Below, in pieces: positions 24,645-38,148 of a stretch of 64,000 nucleotides of DNA. The DNA is from Octopus bimaculoides (Eukaryota). Below the pieces are notes generated by a model, which did no database searches, was not told the origin of the DNA, and was given only the letters and a program-made list of their open reading frames with translations. Positions within the stretch are counted from its first letter, which is position 1. Each line of letters opens with the position of its first letter. The stretch spans positions 58,995,120 to 59,059,119 of the forward strand of contig NC_068989.1 in NCBI RefSeq assembly GCF_001194135.2. Reading direction: 5' to 3'. The position numbers and the translations under genes are program-made.

Positions 24645-25742
24645 TTAGATAAGGCCGGTTTATGGGATTGCCCTGGGTTTCACGTCCATAAAGCGCTTAG
24701 CCAAATGAGAGGCTAACAAACATCAACATAGCCTTCTGTCACCCACCCATTGTGTTCAAAAACCTGGTGAAGGGTGTTAGCAAGAGGATCTCGAACCTTT
24801 CCTCCAGCCAAGTGATTTTTGATGCAGTAGCCCTCTACTATAACGAGGCTGTATCTGCTAGCAGATTTAAGAACCGTATCTCCTACATGCCGGGCTCCAA
24901 CATCCGTAGACGGAAGCGTCGCAGAAATGTCATTTGGTTTCCCTCCCGCTTCTCTATTAAAGTATAAAAAAACATCTGTAGGTAAGATATTCCTTACGTT
25001 AATAGACAGCCATTCCTCACGTTCACATAGGTACGGACGCATTTTCAATAGGTACAACATTAAGGTCTCTTTTAGTTGTTCCCCCAATATTAAGAGCATT
25101 CTAGTTAGCATCGCTTGACCACGAGCGGAGGCAGGATGCTCATGCAGGGAAGCTCATCAGGCAGGATGCTAATCCCTGCAGAATGCTCATGCAAGGACCG
25201 CAACAGATGCCCAGTGAGAGGCTACTGCGAAACCAAGGGAATCATCTATGAAGCTGATGTACTGGCTGACCCTAATAGCAGCAGCAACAGCAGCAACTTT
25301 CCCATCGGCTACTACAATAGCAGGGTTGACAGTACCAATAGTAGCAGCAGCAGAGACACGACCAGAACCAGCGGCAGCACCATCGCCAACGATAACAACA
25401 ATAACAACATCAACGACAACAATGGCAGTATCCCTAACGAAATAGCAACAGAAAGATCGCCAATGATATATATAACAACAGTGACAGCGCCTCCATCAAC
25501 GACGATTACCATAACAACAACAGCACCATTACCAACACCAGTAGTTATGGCACTAACACCATTGCCACTTCCAATGACGCCAACACCAACAGCACTAGTA
25601 TCAACAAAAGCAGTAGCTGGGATCCGATGATACGCTGTAAAGATAAGCGCTTTATGAGCGTGAAACTCAGGGTAACCCCATAAACCAGCCTTATCTAATT
25701 TAATATAATATACTGCTCTACAACTTAGTGTGTGCTTCTTTT
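24645..25742 (+). mobile_element. Penelope-like element (PLE), 5'-truncated, with inverted terminal repeat
   Basis: RT C-terminus FCHPPIVFKNL...SKRISNLSSSQVIFD...YYNEAVSASRF, VIWFPSRFS...VGKIFLTLIDSH...IFNRYNIKVSFSCSPNI, then CSCKDRNRCPVRGYCETKGIIYEADV. Termini 24645-24699 and 25644-25698 are inverted repeats. Confidence 0.9.
25619..25679 (+). ncRNA. Type I hammerhead with long helix II (PLE 3' terminus)
   Basis: GGGAT-CCGATGA-t-acgctgtaaag ataagcg ctttatgagcgt-GAAA-ctcaggg-TA-ACCCC; U4 changed to C. Confidence 0.72.
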
Positions 25743-26815
25743 TCTGATACATGTTTTACCGACGATATATATATATATATATATATATATTATTCTACTT
25801 GGGGATGGTCATATTGCCAGTTTAGCCAATAAAGACATACGCACTGTATATTTGGTGTTAATTTGCTTCAGCTTTATATTACATTACATTATATTAATCC
25901 TATTTCGGCCAGAGTTCTTTCGTCACACTTATGTGACCTCATCAATGTTAGAAGCAGCTTTATAATGTAAACATTATGAATGTCACATACTTAAAGTATG
26001 TGCGCTGTCGAACGCTTTTTGGCTGCGGAATAGCATCCATGGAAATTTCCTTTAAAAAGGTAGAGTGCTAAAAGAACAAACAAAGTATGCTTGAAAGCCA
26101 AGTAAAACCAATCGCCCCAGAGATAATTGAGAACGACAGATATGAATATTTCGCAGTTTTTTCTGCTCGTCGGTGCCATATACTCGGTTTACTCTCAATG
26201 AATTCGAATCGCGATAAATTTGATACTTTCTCATGTTGTTAGATCTTCATCAGAGAAAACATTGTCATTATCTATTCACGGAAAGTTGATTAGTTTCTGG
26301 TAATTTATTAAACTAAATACATCCGTTTAATTCATAGTGCATGCGATGACAACGTGGATTAATTAATTAATAGTTTATTATAAAGTGTTCTCTTTGTTTT
26401 TCGTTTTTGATAAATTGAACTATAATCAATCTATATTGTCGCTGATTACAGTTAAAACAACTAGACAAGCAGTATAATTCTGTTGGAGTTGTGACTTGCA
26501 GTCGATAACCAATAAAGATAATGTTCTACAATGGAAGCTGCATAGACAGCAGGGGAAAGAACCTGCTTCAGTGTGAGTTAAAAAAATACTTGTGGCTTCT
26601 CCGGTAGCATTAGTAATGCACAGCACCTCATGAGTTAGTGGTACGGTAAAAATTTGTCAACATCATTGCAATCTTCAGTTGACAAATGATGAAGAGAATG
26701 TCCCATAGTACTAACTGTAATAAAATATATTGGATTATGAAATAACGTAACCTGCTGTTGAAATAGTATCAAGATGAATGCTTTCCACATACTCTCTACA
26801 CATTTGTATTCACGG

Positions 26816-27016
26816 TGCAGGCATGGCTATGGGGTTAAGAAGCTCACTTTGCAAACAAGTGGTTTTGGTTTCAGTCCCATCGTGCGGCACCTTGGGCAAG
26901 TGTCTTCTATAGTTTCGGGCCAATCCAAGCCTTGTGAGTGAATACGGTAAACAGAAATTGTGTGGAAGCCCATTATATATATATATATGTGTGTGTATGT
27001 GTGCGTGCGTGTGTGT

Positions 27017-27057
<41 letters not shown>

Positions 27058-27295
27058 CGTACGTGTGTGCGTACGTGCGCGTGTGTGTGTGACTTTGTAT
27101 TCGTGTTTGTCCCCACTATCACTTGAATGCTGGAATTAGTTCGTTTACTTTTCCGTAACTAAGCGGTTGGGTAAAAAACACCGATAGAATAAGTACCAGA
27201 CTTAAAAGGTAAGTACTAGGGTTGATTTATTTGACTAAACCCTTCAACGTGGTACCCCAGCATGGCCGGGGTCAAATGACTGAAACAAGTAAAGA
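26816..27295 (+). mobile_element. SINE family A, near full length
   Basis: Head gcaggcatggctatggggttaag...ttcagtccca, ggcaccttgggcaagtgtc, internal (TA)(TG)n, and tail gactgaaacaagtaaag. Confidence 0.88.
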
Positions 27296-30200
27296 TTTAA
27301 AAAAAAAGATGAAGATGAATAATGTTAAATCATAAGATTTTTCACCAAGCATTACTTGATCCATTCATCCACAGAAGCGTGAAGATGAACTTCCTAAAAC
27401 CTTAATTTCCTTACGAATACAAGTTGGATGGCTTCTAGTAATTTCTGTCAACAATCGTTTCAAGAAATCTTAATCAATTAAGAGCTTGTTCACAGCATAA
27501 AAAGAATCAAAAATTTAATTGAAGTACACGTTTAACACGTGTGTAACTCTTGTGAAGTTTAAACGAGACGAGATTTTCCATTTCGTCGTAAAGGAAAACA
27601 TCTATTCATTCATAAAATGGCATATTTTTGTGAAATGAAAAGGAATAGTACAACTGTTTCGTGTGTATTTACTCCTAACCGTTAACTATTTATTAACTCC
27701 TAAGTGTTTGAAGACTGTAGTGAATGAACTTTTGAAGTGGGAGCTGGCAGTCATTGAACCATTGATAAGATCGCTTAGATGGTGATGTCATTGAATTTTC
27801 AGTACGACAAAACCACATGTATGTTGTCTGTTTGGACAACTTTTTGATTGTCACTACTGTCACAGTAGATCCCTCTCCCACTTTTTACTTTAATTTGGGC
27901 CAAGTGTAAACAATGACATCTACTGAAATATCTCTCTCGTATCTATTGCAAATACAGTTTCTAAAGAATATTAAGTGTGTTTATTGTATATAAATTAATA
28001 TTATTACTGTGTATAAATGTTAATTTAATGTTATTTATTGTCATGAACGTAGACTATATTATACAATGATATATAATTCTTATTTTTGTTTCTTCTCATT
28101 CGTGAATTTCTGTTAGACTACACCGTATCATTTTGGATTAGTAATAGTGTGAGTGGCAAATAATATAATGATAATGCATACATACATACATACATACATA
28201 TATGTATATGTATATGTATATATGTACTCGGCTACACTAATATAGAATTAAATATTATAGAATTAATCTAGGAGTAAACGGAGAATGAATGTTTATATTT
28301 AAACCAAATGGGAATTCAGATTTAAAAAATAACATATGAGAGAGTCATAAGTACCCAGGAGGTGTTCACATTTGATTGTTTTTCATATGTCCTGTGTGTC
28401 TGCATAAAAACTGAAATGTTTTCAGTATAAACATATACGTGCATACTCATTTACATACAGATGACAAGGAGAAAAAAAGAGAAAAAAAAAACATATAATG
28501 TACTGGAGTGAATTCTTCATACAATAAAAGTGATTATGTGACATTCACTTCAGGTACATGTCCCTAGAACAGTTTTACAATAGAATTTATTGAATGTAGG
28601 TGGTGTGTTACAGGGTAAGCATTTTGTAATGTATACAGACACTGGAGGCTTGTGGTCTCAGGACACATAATGTTATCTTTGAAAATATTGTTGTTGTCAA
28701 GCTGTAGATTATGAAATGGTAGAAATAAGAAAATGAGAAATTAATAGAGTATTTATAGATTTCATTCTTCTGTGTCAACAACATACTGTTGGTGGATGGC
28801 AGAAGCGCTATAGCGTCGATTTCAATGTTTTGCACTATTGTTCCTTAACGCCCAAAGTTCAATAGAGTCCATAATATGAAGCACTAATGAAATCGTGGTA
28901 CACGGAATAATCAAAAATATTCGACTGTCTCGCTCTTGAAATTGGTATTCGTGTATTGTTGTTAATTTGTTATACATTGGAAAGTATTGCAATGGAAAGT
29001 AAACTCCCATCAAATCAAAATTCTAATTTCGCTTAAAATCTCTTCGTTAAAGTTTTAATAAAAAGAAAAATGATATTAAAAATTATAACTTACTTTGTCA
29101 AATTTATCCACGTCTTTGTAAGAAATAAGATGATTTAAAAGTAAATTTAAACCATTTAAAACTTTGATTTAAGTTTAAGATTTAAATTTTAAAGTCAGAA
29201 AATATTCGTAATAGTCGGAAGTGTTTTCAATGATGCTGAGCTAGAATTACAAAACAGAGGTAACTTTGTGAATTATGTCTCTCAATACTGTTTAGTAATA
29301 CTGTTAGTAATAAAATACTGCTAACTCAAATGGATTTTTAATTTAGGTATGTTTGTGAATAGTTTTATTCCAAATGATGGCTGAGTTAGATAGTGATAAT
29401 TTAGAGGGGTTTTTTCTTTTAATGAAGATTCTGTGTTTTTATCGAGGGTAAACTGAAATGATAGAAGTGTTTCTGTGAATTAAACTATGCCAATTGATTC
29501 TCTTGTAACAACATTTATAGTTTCATAATAAATGCAGGGACAACGCCCAATATACATGCAGATAGTTGTAATAGCAAGAAAATTGACATCAACTAATACA
29601 ACCACGTGTTTCACTAGAATCAATGTATAACCATTATGGAAATACTTGCTTTATCATATTTCTTTAGTTAAATGAGTCATAATATAAATAAAACATTTTA
29701 AGCTAAGCTCTCTCTATTAGGTTTTCAATATTAGCTACTAACATTCTAAGTTAACATAATTTGAGTGGTTTTACTGTTTCTGCACCGCCAAAAAATGTGA
29801 ATGTGATGCCTGAGGCTGTGTCATAATTGGCAATCAGTAGAATTAGGAACAGGATTGGCCTGCGCTCTGAAAGTTCATGGATTAGGGTGGGAGAAACAAT
29901 ATTGTAAGCGGTATTGAATTTTGTCCATTTACTTCCTGAATTAAAACCATACATTTGTAGACTTAATTTTCATCACCTTGCAATCGATAAAATAGGTAAC
30001 CGGTGTACTGCGGGTCGATTTAAGATTGTGTCTAACTCTTCAAATTGTGCCACTTCGATAAACTAATAATTTCGTCTTCGTCTGATTTGCCAAGAATAAC
30101 CTACATGTACAAACTGGCTCAGTGGCTCAGAGATGTTGGTTGTACTTATACGGTTTTATTTCCTTTCAGTAGACGACTAAGATGAAGTTAAAACGACAAA

Positions 30201-30964
30201 ATTTAATTTAGGAATTAATGGAGCAGCGAATTTAAGTTTTTGGATTCTGAATCAGTGTATGATAGATTCCCCAAGCGCTGAAATTAATATAAAAAAAAGC
30301 AACAAAAAAAAAAATTACTATTGGTTTGTACCAGAACGTTTTCTAAAAACCTACTGAATGTATTATAAAATTGTAATCTAATACCAGGAGGTGTAACAGT
30401 ATAGATAATCTTTACATGGGATCGGTCTATTTTATGTTCGTTTTGAAGACTGATGTCAATTGACAAATCGTAGGCAGGGCGAACACTCAAAAAAGTTTCA
30501 GTACTGTGTTGGAGGGAGAGAAAGATTGGTCAAATGTCTAGTACAGGATCTAATCAGGCTGTAAAGTAGGCTTAGCGCTAGGAATACACGGCTTAATAGA
30601 GAGGAATTGGAAAAATTCTAATAATCATAGTAAAGACAGAAAGACATCAGAGGAGCGCTTTAGAAGCTTAGGGTTGTAATGGGCTGATGAGTGAGGTTTT
30701 GCCAATCATAAGTGTAACTTTTTTTTAGGATACAATCTAAAGCGTTGACTGTGTACCGACTCCACTTCTTCATATCTATTAGCTGTATTCTAAAGTGTGT
30801 GTTGTGGGAACAATGAATTTTGCAGAGAGACATCAAACGATTTGGAAAGGAAGCCTAATATTTGGGGCAGTGAGTTATCTATGATATATATATGTGTCAA
30901 AGTCGAAACATAGATAGAGAGAGGAGGAGGAAGAGGAGAGAGATAGAGAGAGAGAGAGAAAGTT

Positions 30965-31007
<43 letters not shown>

Positions 31008-31783
31008 AGGGAAGTAAGAGACTGTATTAGGAACATACTATGTCATAGTATTCGTAGCAGAAACTCAGGCACGACCTCTTCTAGGTTGCACTAATCAATA
31101 AAATGTGAACATTTCGTACATTTTTATTCAAGATAAAATTGGGATAAAATCGAGTAGGAAATATAATTTTGCCTTTAGTTATTGTTTATGGGAATATCTT
31201 GAGTAAGGAGTATAGAGTAATAGGATGGTGAAAAACTGATGAGCATCCCCACACATGGGATCAGTATACCTCTTTGCAGTTTGAATGAGTAGACCATTTA
31301 CAGATTGTACCCTGCATGCAAACAATATTTTAATCTCCTGAAATCATCTTGCAGGAAATATAATGACAGGTGAATGCCTCTCAATGGCGATGCTGGCTGA
31401 TAGGCGGAATGTTGGCGACTAATTAATGCAACTTGAAGTAGTAGATTGCTTAAGTGAGCGGTAGGTGCTCTACGGTTGCTGTTATTGTTGTTGTGAAGCA
31501 CCAGGTTCGCTTTGATCGAGCAGACGAATGACACGTAGTGAATCGACTGAAAGACTAGATACAACTTATCTTTAGTTTTTTTTCCCCTTATAAACATAAT
31601 TGAGGACCATATTGCACCTTCCGGTTTACATTGAGGAATCTTAAGGATGTTTTTTGTGCTCTTAATATTCTGCAATCGATTTCTGTATCTGCATATCCAG
31701 AGGAGGCGATAAAATCATGACAGATCCTTGATATAGCTCTGCACTTATAGTTGGTGTTGTCCTTAATGTTCGCCGTGCTTGAG

Positions 31784-31838
<55 letters not shown>

Positions 31839-33812
31839 GCGAGAGAGAATGTGGCTTTAGCAAGCGGTTGTAGTAATTTTCTGGAGCGTTGTCTGTGGAT
31901 TGTTATTGCTTAGCCCCAGGCCAGTCCTGGCCGAGCATATCTACGATTCACTTTTACCAATGAAGTTTTCTATGATATAAATTCAATATTTGCGACAGTG
32001 AACAACTGTTCTATACGATGAATGAATCTCTAACAGCTTGGTGGACATATGTGGGTCTTTTATATTGACGGTTATAGCAGTTAAATGGTAAACCGTTGGG
32101 CTATATATTTCAAATAAACAATGAGAATTCCTCTTGAATAAAAATAATATTTCATCCACTTGCCAATTCCATATTTTATAGAAGCAAATTTCTATATGTG
32201 CATTAGTTTTCAGAATAATGATTGTATAAAATGAGAATTTATTCATCATCCTAAACTTATTTGTCACTTTTGATTGTCATATGTTAAGGTCAATTAACAA
32301 TCTTCATTTATCAAGCTGTTGTGTGAGAAATATGTTATCCCCATCCCATTGTACTGTAGCTGATTAGCGATTTCGATTCCCCAGAAAGATGTCGGAGCTA
32401 AACTCCCAACTTACTTCTAGAAAAGGGATTATCTTTGTATCAAACCAACTTCAAGTGTTTCTTAAGGACATGCCACCTCACCAGCTGCCCATCTTCATTA
32501 ATTTAACTTGTTCCTTTTTCCATTGTATAGTTATATTCATACTCTATGAATATCACATCATGTCCTTTCTTTTCACCGGTGTCCACTTAGAATCGACACA
32601 ATTAGAAAGTCGTATTGTAGAAGGCACCATTGAATTCCAACCATGAATGAGAATTATTATTCTTTAATTCTTTAAATAGGGTTTCATTTTACCTTGGCAC
32701 ATCAAAGTTTAATTTTGGTGAGTCAGTTTCAGTTACGAAAGAAACCAGTTTCTTATTTACACAGGCAATTCCTAGAAGTTTGTTTCAGGCTAACAGTTTA
32801 CCATTTAATATCTCTGCTTTGCTCGCAGACGACAAAGATAAGCGATTTCGCAATTGGGCTTTCATTTCCGTTATTTTCTCATTTTACGTTTTGATAGCAA
32901 GTTTCATCCTATATTTTGACGACAGTAATTGGTTTAGGACATCCCCAACATCAGCTTCTAGCAGTATTATATTCCTCGAGTTACTTTGATTTCTTGAAAA
33001 CATTCATCATTATTTCTCCATCTCTCCTCAATTGCTGTAACAGACAACACAGGCAAAATCAAAGTCTTGCTATTTTTAGAACAAGCTTCATGAATGAATG
33101 TAATAAAGTAGTTTTACCTGCGTCTTGCTCAGTAATTTCGAAATAGAAAACTAAGGCTTTCTGTTTCTTCGCCGAACTGAAAGGAAAATAACGAAAACTT
33201 ATAAAGGATAGAATAGTCACGCGATAAAGTAGTCACTTGTTATAAAGTTAAATTTGTGTAAAAATACATTTATTTTTCTTTTGAAGTTTACAACTTCTAT
33301 ACTTTCACAAGGATATTTCTTCTTATTCGTGTTAAATTAAATTACTGTATTAATAAATAATCTCAATTAAAAAGAAAGATGATGTAAATTCTATTTTATA
33401 GAACAAAATTTGTAGGCTCTTAGCAATTTCAGTTACTAATTTAAATTAACTCGCTCCTCTTATGCCGCTATTGACTTTATGAACAATCACGTTATCACAA
33501 TGTCTCACTAAAATATATTTATCTCGTTTCAAAATAAGATTTCTTACATAGCCACGAAACTAAGATTTTGAAGTGGGAAGAAACAATCAGTTGAGTTGAC
33601 CCAGCACTTGACTAGTACTTTATTTTATCGATCCCAGAAAGGGAAAACGATAAACAAAGACAACCCTCAACGTCATTTGAACGTACAAAATAATATCGAG
33701 GGCAAGGCTACAAAACATTTTCTCCAACGTTCTAATGATCGTGCCAACTTACAGGATGGCATATAGTTGCATTTTATAAAATTCCTCACATATTTAATAT
33801 TTCCATTTTTCC

Positions 33813-34236
33813 AAGGCGGCGAGCTGGCAGAAACGTTAGCACGCCGGACGAAATGCTTAGCAGTATTTCGCCTGCCGTTACGTTCTGAGTTCAAATTCCG
33901 CCGAGGTCGACTTTGCCTTTCATCCTTTCGGGGTCGATAAATTAAGTACCAGTTACGTACTGGGGTCGATGTAATCGGCTTAATCCCTTTGTCTGTCCTT
34001 GTTTGTCCCCTTTATGTTTAGCCTCTTGTGGGCAATAAAGAAGTAAGAAACCTCGTTGGGTGAAATGCTTAGCGGTATTTCGTCTGTCTTTATGTTCTGA
34101 GTTCAAATTCCGCCGACGTCGACTTTGCCTTTCGGGGTTGATAAATTAAGTATTAGTTACATACTTGGGTCGATGTAATCGACTGGCACCCTCCCCCAAA
34201 ATTTCGGGTCTTGTGCCTAGAGTAGAAAACAATATT
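33813..34236 (+). mobile_element. SINE family B tandem dimer
   Basis: Complete copy with tail type 1, immediately followed by a 5'-truncated copy with tail type 2. Confidence 0.9.
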
Positions 34237-36859
34237 TTCTTTTTCACAAAAGTTAAATCTCGTTTATGGAAGGAGAGACACAAATCCTTGTAAATTTGCC
34301 TCATTACGTTCCTATTTCTTTTAGCAGTATTCAAACAATGAACCGAGAACCATGGTGAACTATTAATGCTGAATATATTAAAAATATATGTTCGTCCTCA
34401 CGTCTTTCTGCAGAATTGCTTCAGACCTTTTCTTTCGTTAATGATTTCATTTAATTTAATCTATTAACTTTTAGTATTTATTTTAAAATGTCAACGATAC
34501 ATTTGACACAATATATATTGTAAACTTTTTATAAATATATAAGAAATTTTACCACTTAACAAACATAGAACTCTGGGAGATGCATGAGCATCATACCTTC
34601 TTATTTCTTTTCTTACATAACCACAAGTTTTCATTTCTCGAACTTTGCAAAATGGTAGCAACAGGCGAGCTGAAATCTTGCTGTTTTTGATTTCCAGTTG
34701 AAATTAGGTTACCTCATTTAGTCTGTTTAAAGCTGTTAGGAATGGCACGAACATCACAACTGCTATTTTATCCATAAATATTTTAAAAGGATTATAAGAA
34801 ACAAATATTTGGCAAAAATATGTTTGAGTGTCGCATCGCATGAAATTAGCTTCCGGTGATCATTCCACTGATGATGTCCTTGGGAAATGCTTGAGTGTTT
34901 CAGCATCCTGTTTTGTACGCCGATAAGTTTATAGCCTCTTGATTAAAGAAGAAATCAATATTTTGTCTGAAAAAAATTGCGAAACACTAAGAAATATATT
35001 CAAAACCTGAGCTAATTCGGCTGTTTAGGCGGCGTCAAGGATGTAGAAATGCAAGACAGGAATTTCCTGTTTGTTATCTTTTGCATAATATTTGAGATGT
35101 TGGGAGAAAGGAGATATGGTGTAATTTTGTCGGGTCTTAAGTGTCTTCTTTCTTTGCTAAGAGAAAATATATTATGAAGGCAAGGAATTATTTGACACAC
35201 ATTAGGAATAAATATCAAGCAGACCAAGAGACAGTGGTCAACACAGGAATTTCAGGACACTTTGGTATCAGCGCTTACAACTAATATCATTGGGTGAGAC
35301 ACTTTTGAAGATATTTATCCATTGAATATTTGATGTGTAAAAGTTAAAACTTGGGTATATTATTATTAACGAAGTATATGGTGATTCTACAGAAAAAATG
35401 AAACTGGAAGAAAGAAATAGATTACAAGTAATGGTTTTACCGGAGGCCAGTGTGACTTGCACAATAGTGTGATTTCTTTCAGAATTTTAACGGAGATACG
35501 TTTATAATTGACCAGAAGGCATGGCTAGTTACATAGGAGTGGTATAAGACTGTAAAGATTTGTGTAATCATTTAGTAAATATACACCGTGATAAACCAAC
35601 AACTATCCCATATGTATATCATTGCAAACATTTTGTTTTAATAGCAAAAGTGTTTATTTTATTTTTTTGTTTAATTTCTATGAACCTCGAATATAAATAT
35701 CTCACCAGAAAAATCTGATCTAACTTGCGGTTTTCACATTTACTTACAGCTAGAACGATCAAAAGAGTCAGCTAAAGAACCATACACTGTAGGCATTCAC
35801 ACAAACAGCTAACGTGTTTGTGTGTGTGTATGCGCGCGCGTGTTTGTGTGCAACTGTGCGTGTGTGTGTATGTATGTCTCTATATATAGATATGCCTACA
35901 CATCTATATANNNNNNNNNNNNNNNNNNNNNNNNNNNNNNNNNNNNNNNNNNNNNNNNNNNNNNNNNNNNNNNNNNNNNNNNNNNNNNNNNNNNNNNNNN
36001 NNNNNNNNNNNNNNNNNNNNNNNNNNNNNNNNNNNNNNNNNNNNNNNNNNNNNNNNNNNNNNNNNNNNNNNNNNNNNNNNNNNNNNNNNNNNNNNNNNNN
36101 NNNNNNNNNNNNNNNNNNNNNNNNNNNNNNNNNNNNNNNNNNNNNNNNNNNNNNNNNNNNNNNNNNNNNNNNNNNNNNNNNNNNNNNNNNNNNNNNNNNN
36201 NNNNNNNNNNNNNNNNNNNNNNNNNNNNNNNNNNNNNNNNNNNNNNNNNNNNNNNNNNNNNNNNNNNNNNNNNNNNNNNNNNNNNNNNNNNNNNNNNNNN
36301 NNNNNNNNNNNNNNNNNNNNNNNNNNNNNNNNNNNNNNNNNNNNNNNNNNNNNNNNNNNNNNNNNNNNNNNNNNNNNNNNNNNNNNNNNNNNNNNNNNNN
36401 NNNNNNNNNNNNNNNNNNNNNNNNNNNNNNNNNNNNNNNNNNNNNNNNNNNNNNNNNNNNNNNNNNNNNNNNNNNNNNNNNNNNNNNNNNNNNNNNNNNN
36501 NNNNNNNNNNNNNNNNNNNNNNNNNNNNNNNNNNNNNNNNNNNNNNNNNNNNNNNNNNNNNNNNNNNNNNNNNNNNNNNNNNNNNNNNNNNNNNNNNNNN
36601 NNNNNNNNNNNNNNNNNNNNNNNNNNNNNNNNNNNNNNNNNNNNNNNNNNNNNNNNNNNNNNNNNNNNNNNNNNNNNNNNATATATGCATACATACATAC
36701 ATACATACATGCATACATACATACACACATACATTCATGCGCGCGCACACACACACACATACACACATATATATGTATGTATATATCTTAGTGGATAATA
36801 TATTCGAAAAAGAAGCTCACTCTTACAGTTGGAGCAGTAAAGTATTTACATGAAGTTAA

Positions 36860-37105
36860 ATATGCGCCCGGTCATAGAGTGTCCAAGGGTTTCGTATCCA
36901 TAAAGCGCTTAGCTTTATAGACAACTCGTCAGACACCAATGGCTGCGGGCATGTAACCTCTCTTCAACCTAGAGGCAGGAAACTGTTACGGTCAGTTAAT
37001 TTGCAAATCAAAGAATAATATACAATTTGAGACTTAAACGGGATAGGTTAGCGCCCTTAGATCGTTCCGCTTGTGCGGCACCTTAAGAATGAAGGAACTC
37101 CATAC
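36860..37105 (-). mobile_element. Short element ending in tandem hammerheads (copy 1)
   Basis: Homologous to 40620-40875. HHR motifs at 36876-36970, including an intact CTGACGA...GAAA with long helix II. Confidence 0.7.
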
Positions 37106-38148
37106 GAAACTGAATAGAGGATCATACAGCAGCGGTATTCCTATATCAACGGGAGAGGATGATGTAAACTTTGTATAGTAGAGAAGAGTATACAACTACA
37201 AATTTTTAATATACGAGATAATATGGAAATGTGTTGAGACAGGAAAAGCTACTGGCAATGTAAACTATGGTTCATATTGTAGAAGTGATCACGTTCAGTT
37301 ATGAATTTTGTCGAGATCTACAGTAGTTTGAATTTATATAAGAAAATGTATGCCAAAATGAATTCCAACACGTTTATACCGAAAGAAATTCTATATCGCA
37401 TGGTTTTCTATAAACTTCCAACCATGTTATAGTTTACAGAATAATAGTAGAATCTCTATGGGGGTTGCTAGGTGTGCTTATTTATGTCAATGAAAAAAAC
37501 TAAAAATAATAATAATAATGATTCATTATAGTGTTGATATATTGTTACAAGAGAGGACAATACACTTCCTGTCAAAGGTCACCAGGAAAGCATTTGATAG
37601 TATCCTACATAATTCGCTACTCAAGGCTCCTGAGATATATAAGAATTCTCCTGTCGCCTCTGAATTCTTACAAGGTAACATGACCAAGTGGAACACATAT
37701 CCCCTTCAAAACCATAGTAATGGGATGAGCCAATCTAACAACGTCAACATTAAATGAGGCATCTTTCAAGGTGACTCCCTCTCCCTATTATTCTTTTGCA
37801 CATCACTGATCCCACTCTCAAACGAACTAAATAACACCAGGAATGGTTTTAAAGTTTAGATTACGTCAATAAACCATCTATTTTATATGGACGATCTGAA
37901 GTTGTTTGTTAGAAATGACGAAGAGCTAGCAAGGCTGCTAACAACTGTTAAAGAATTGGTGTCGGGATGGATTTTGGCCTTGATGAGTATGTTAAAGCAA
38001 CTTTTGTAAGGGGCAAACTCAGGCAAACAACTTCCATTAAATTAGATACCGGCGCTACTATCAAGGAGCTTGACCCGCAAGAAAGTTACAAATACCTGGG
38101 GATTAAAGAAGGAGATGATGCTACTATGAAGGAAAAATAAGAAAGGAG

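Noticed and set aside
26220-26265. Minus-strand CTGATGA...GAAA
   Set aside because: No helix II or helix I pairing.
34860-34900. CTGATGA...GAAA hammerhead
   Set aside because: No convincing helix I or helix II.
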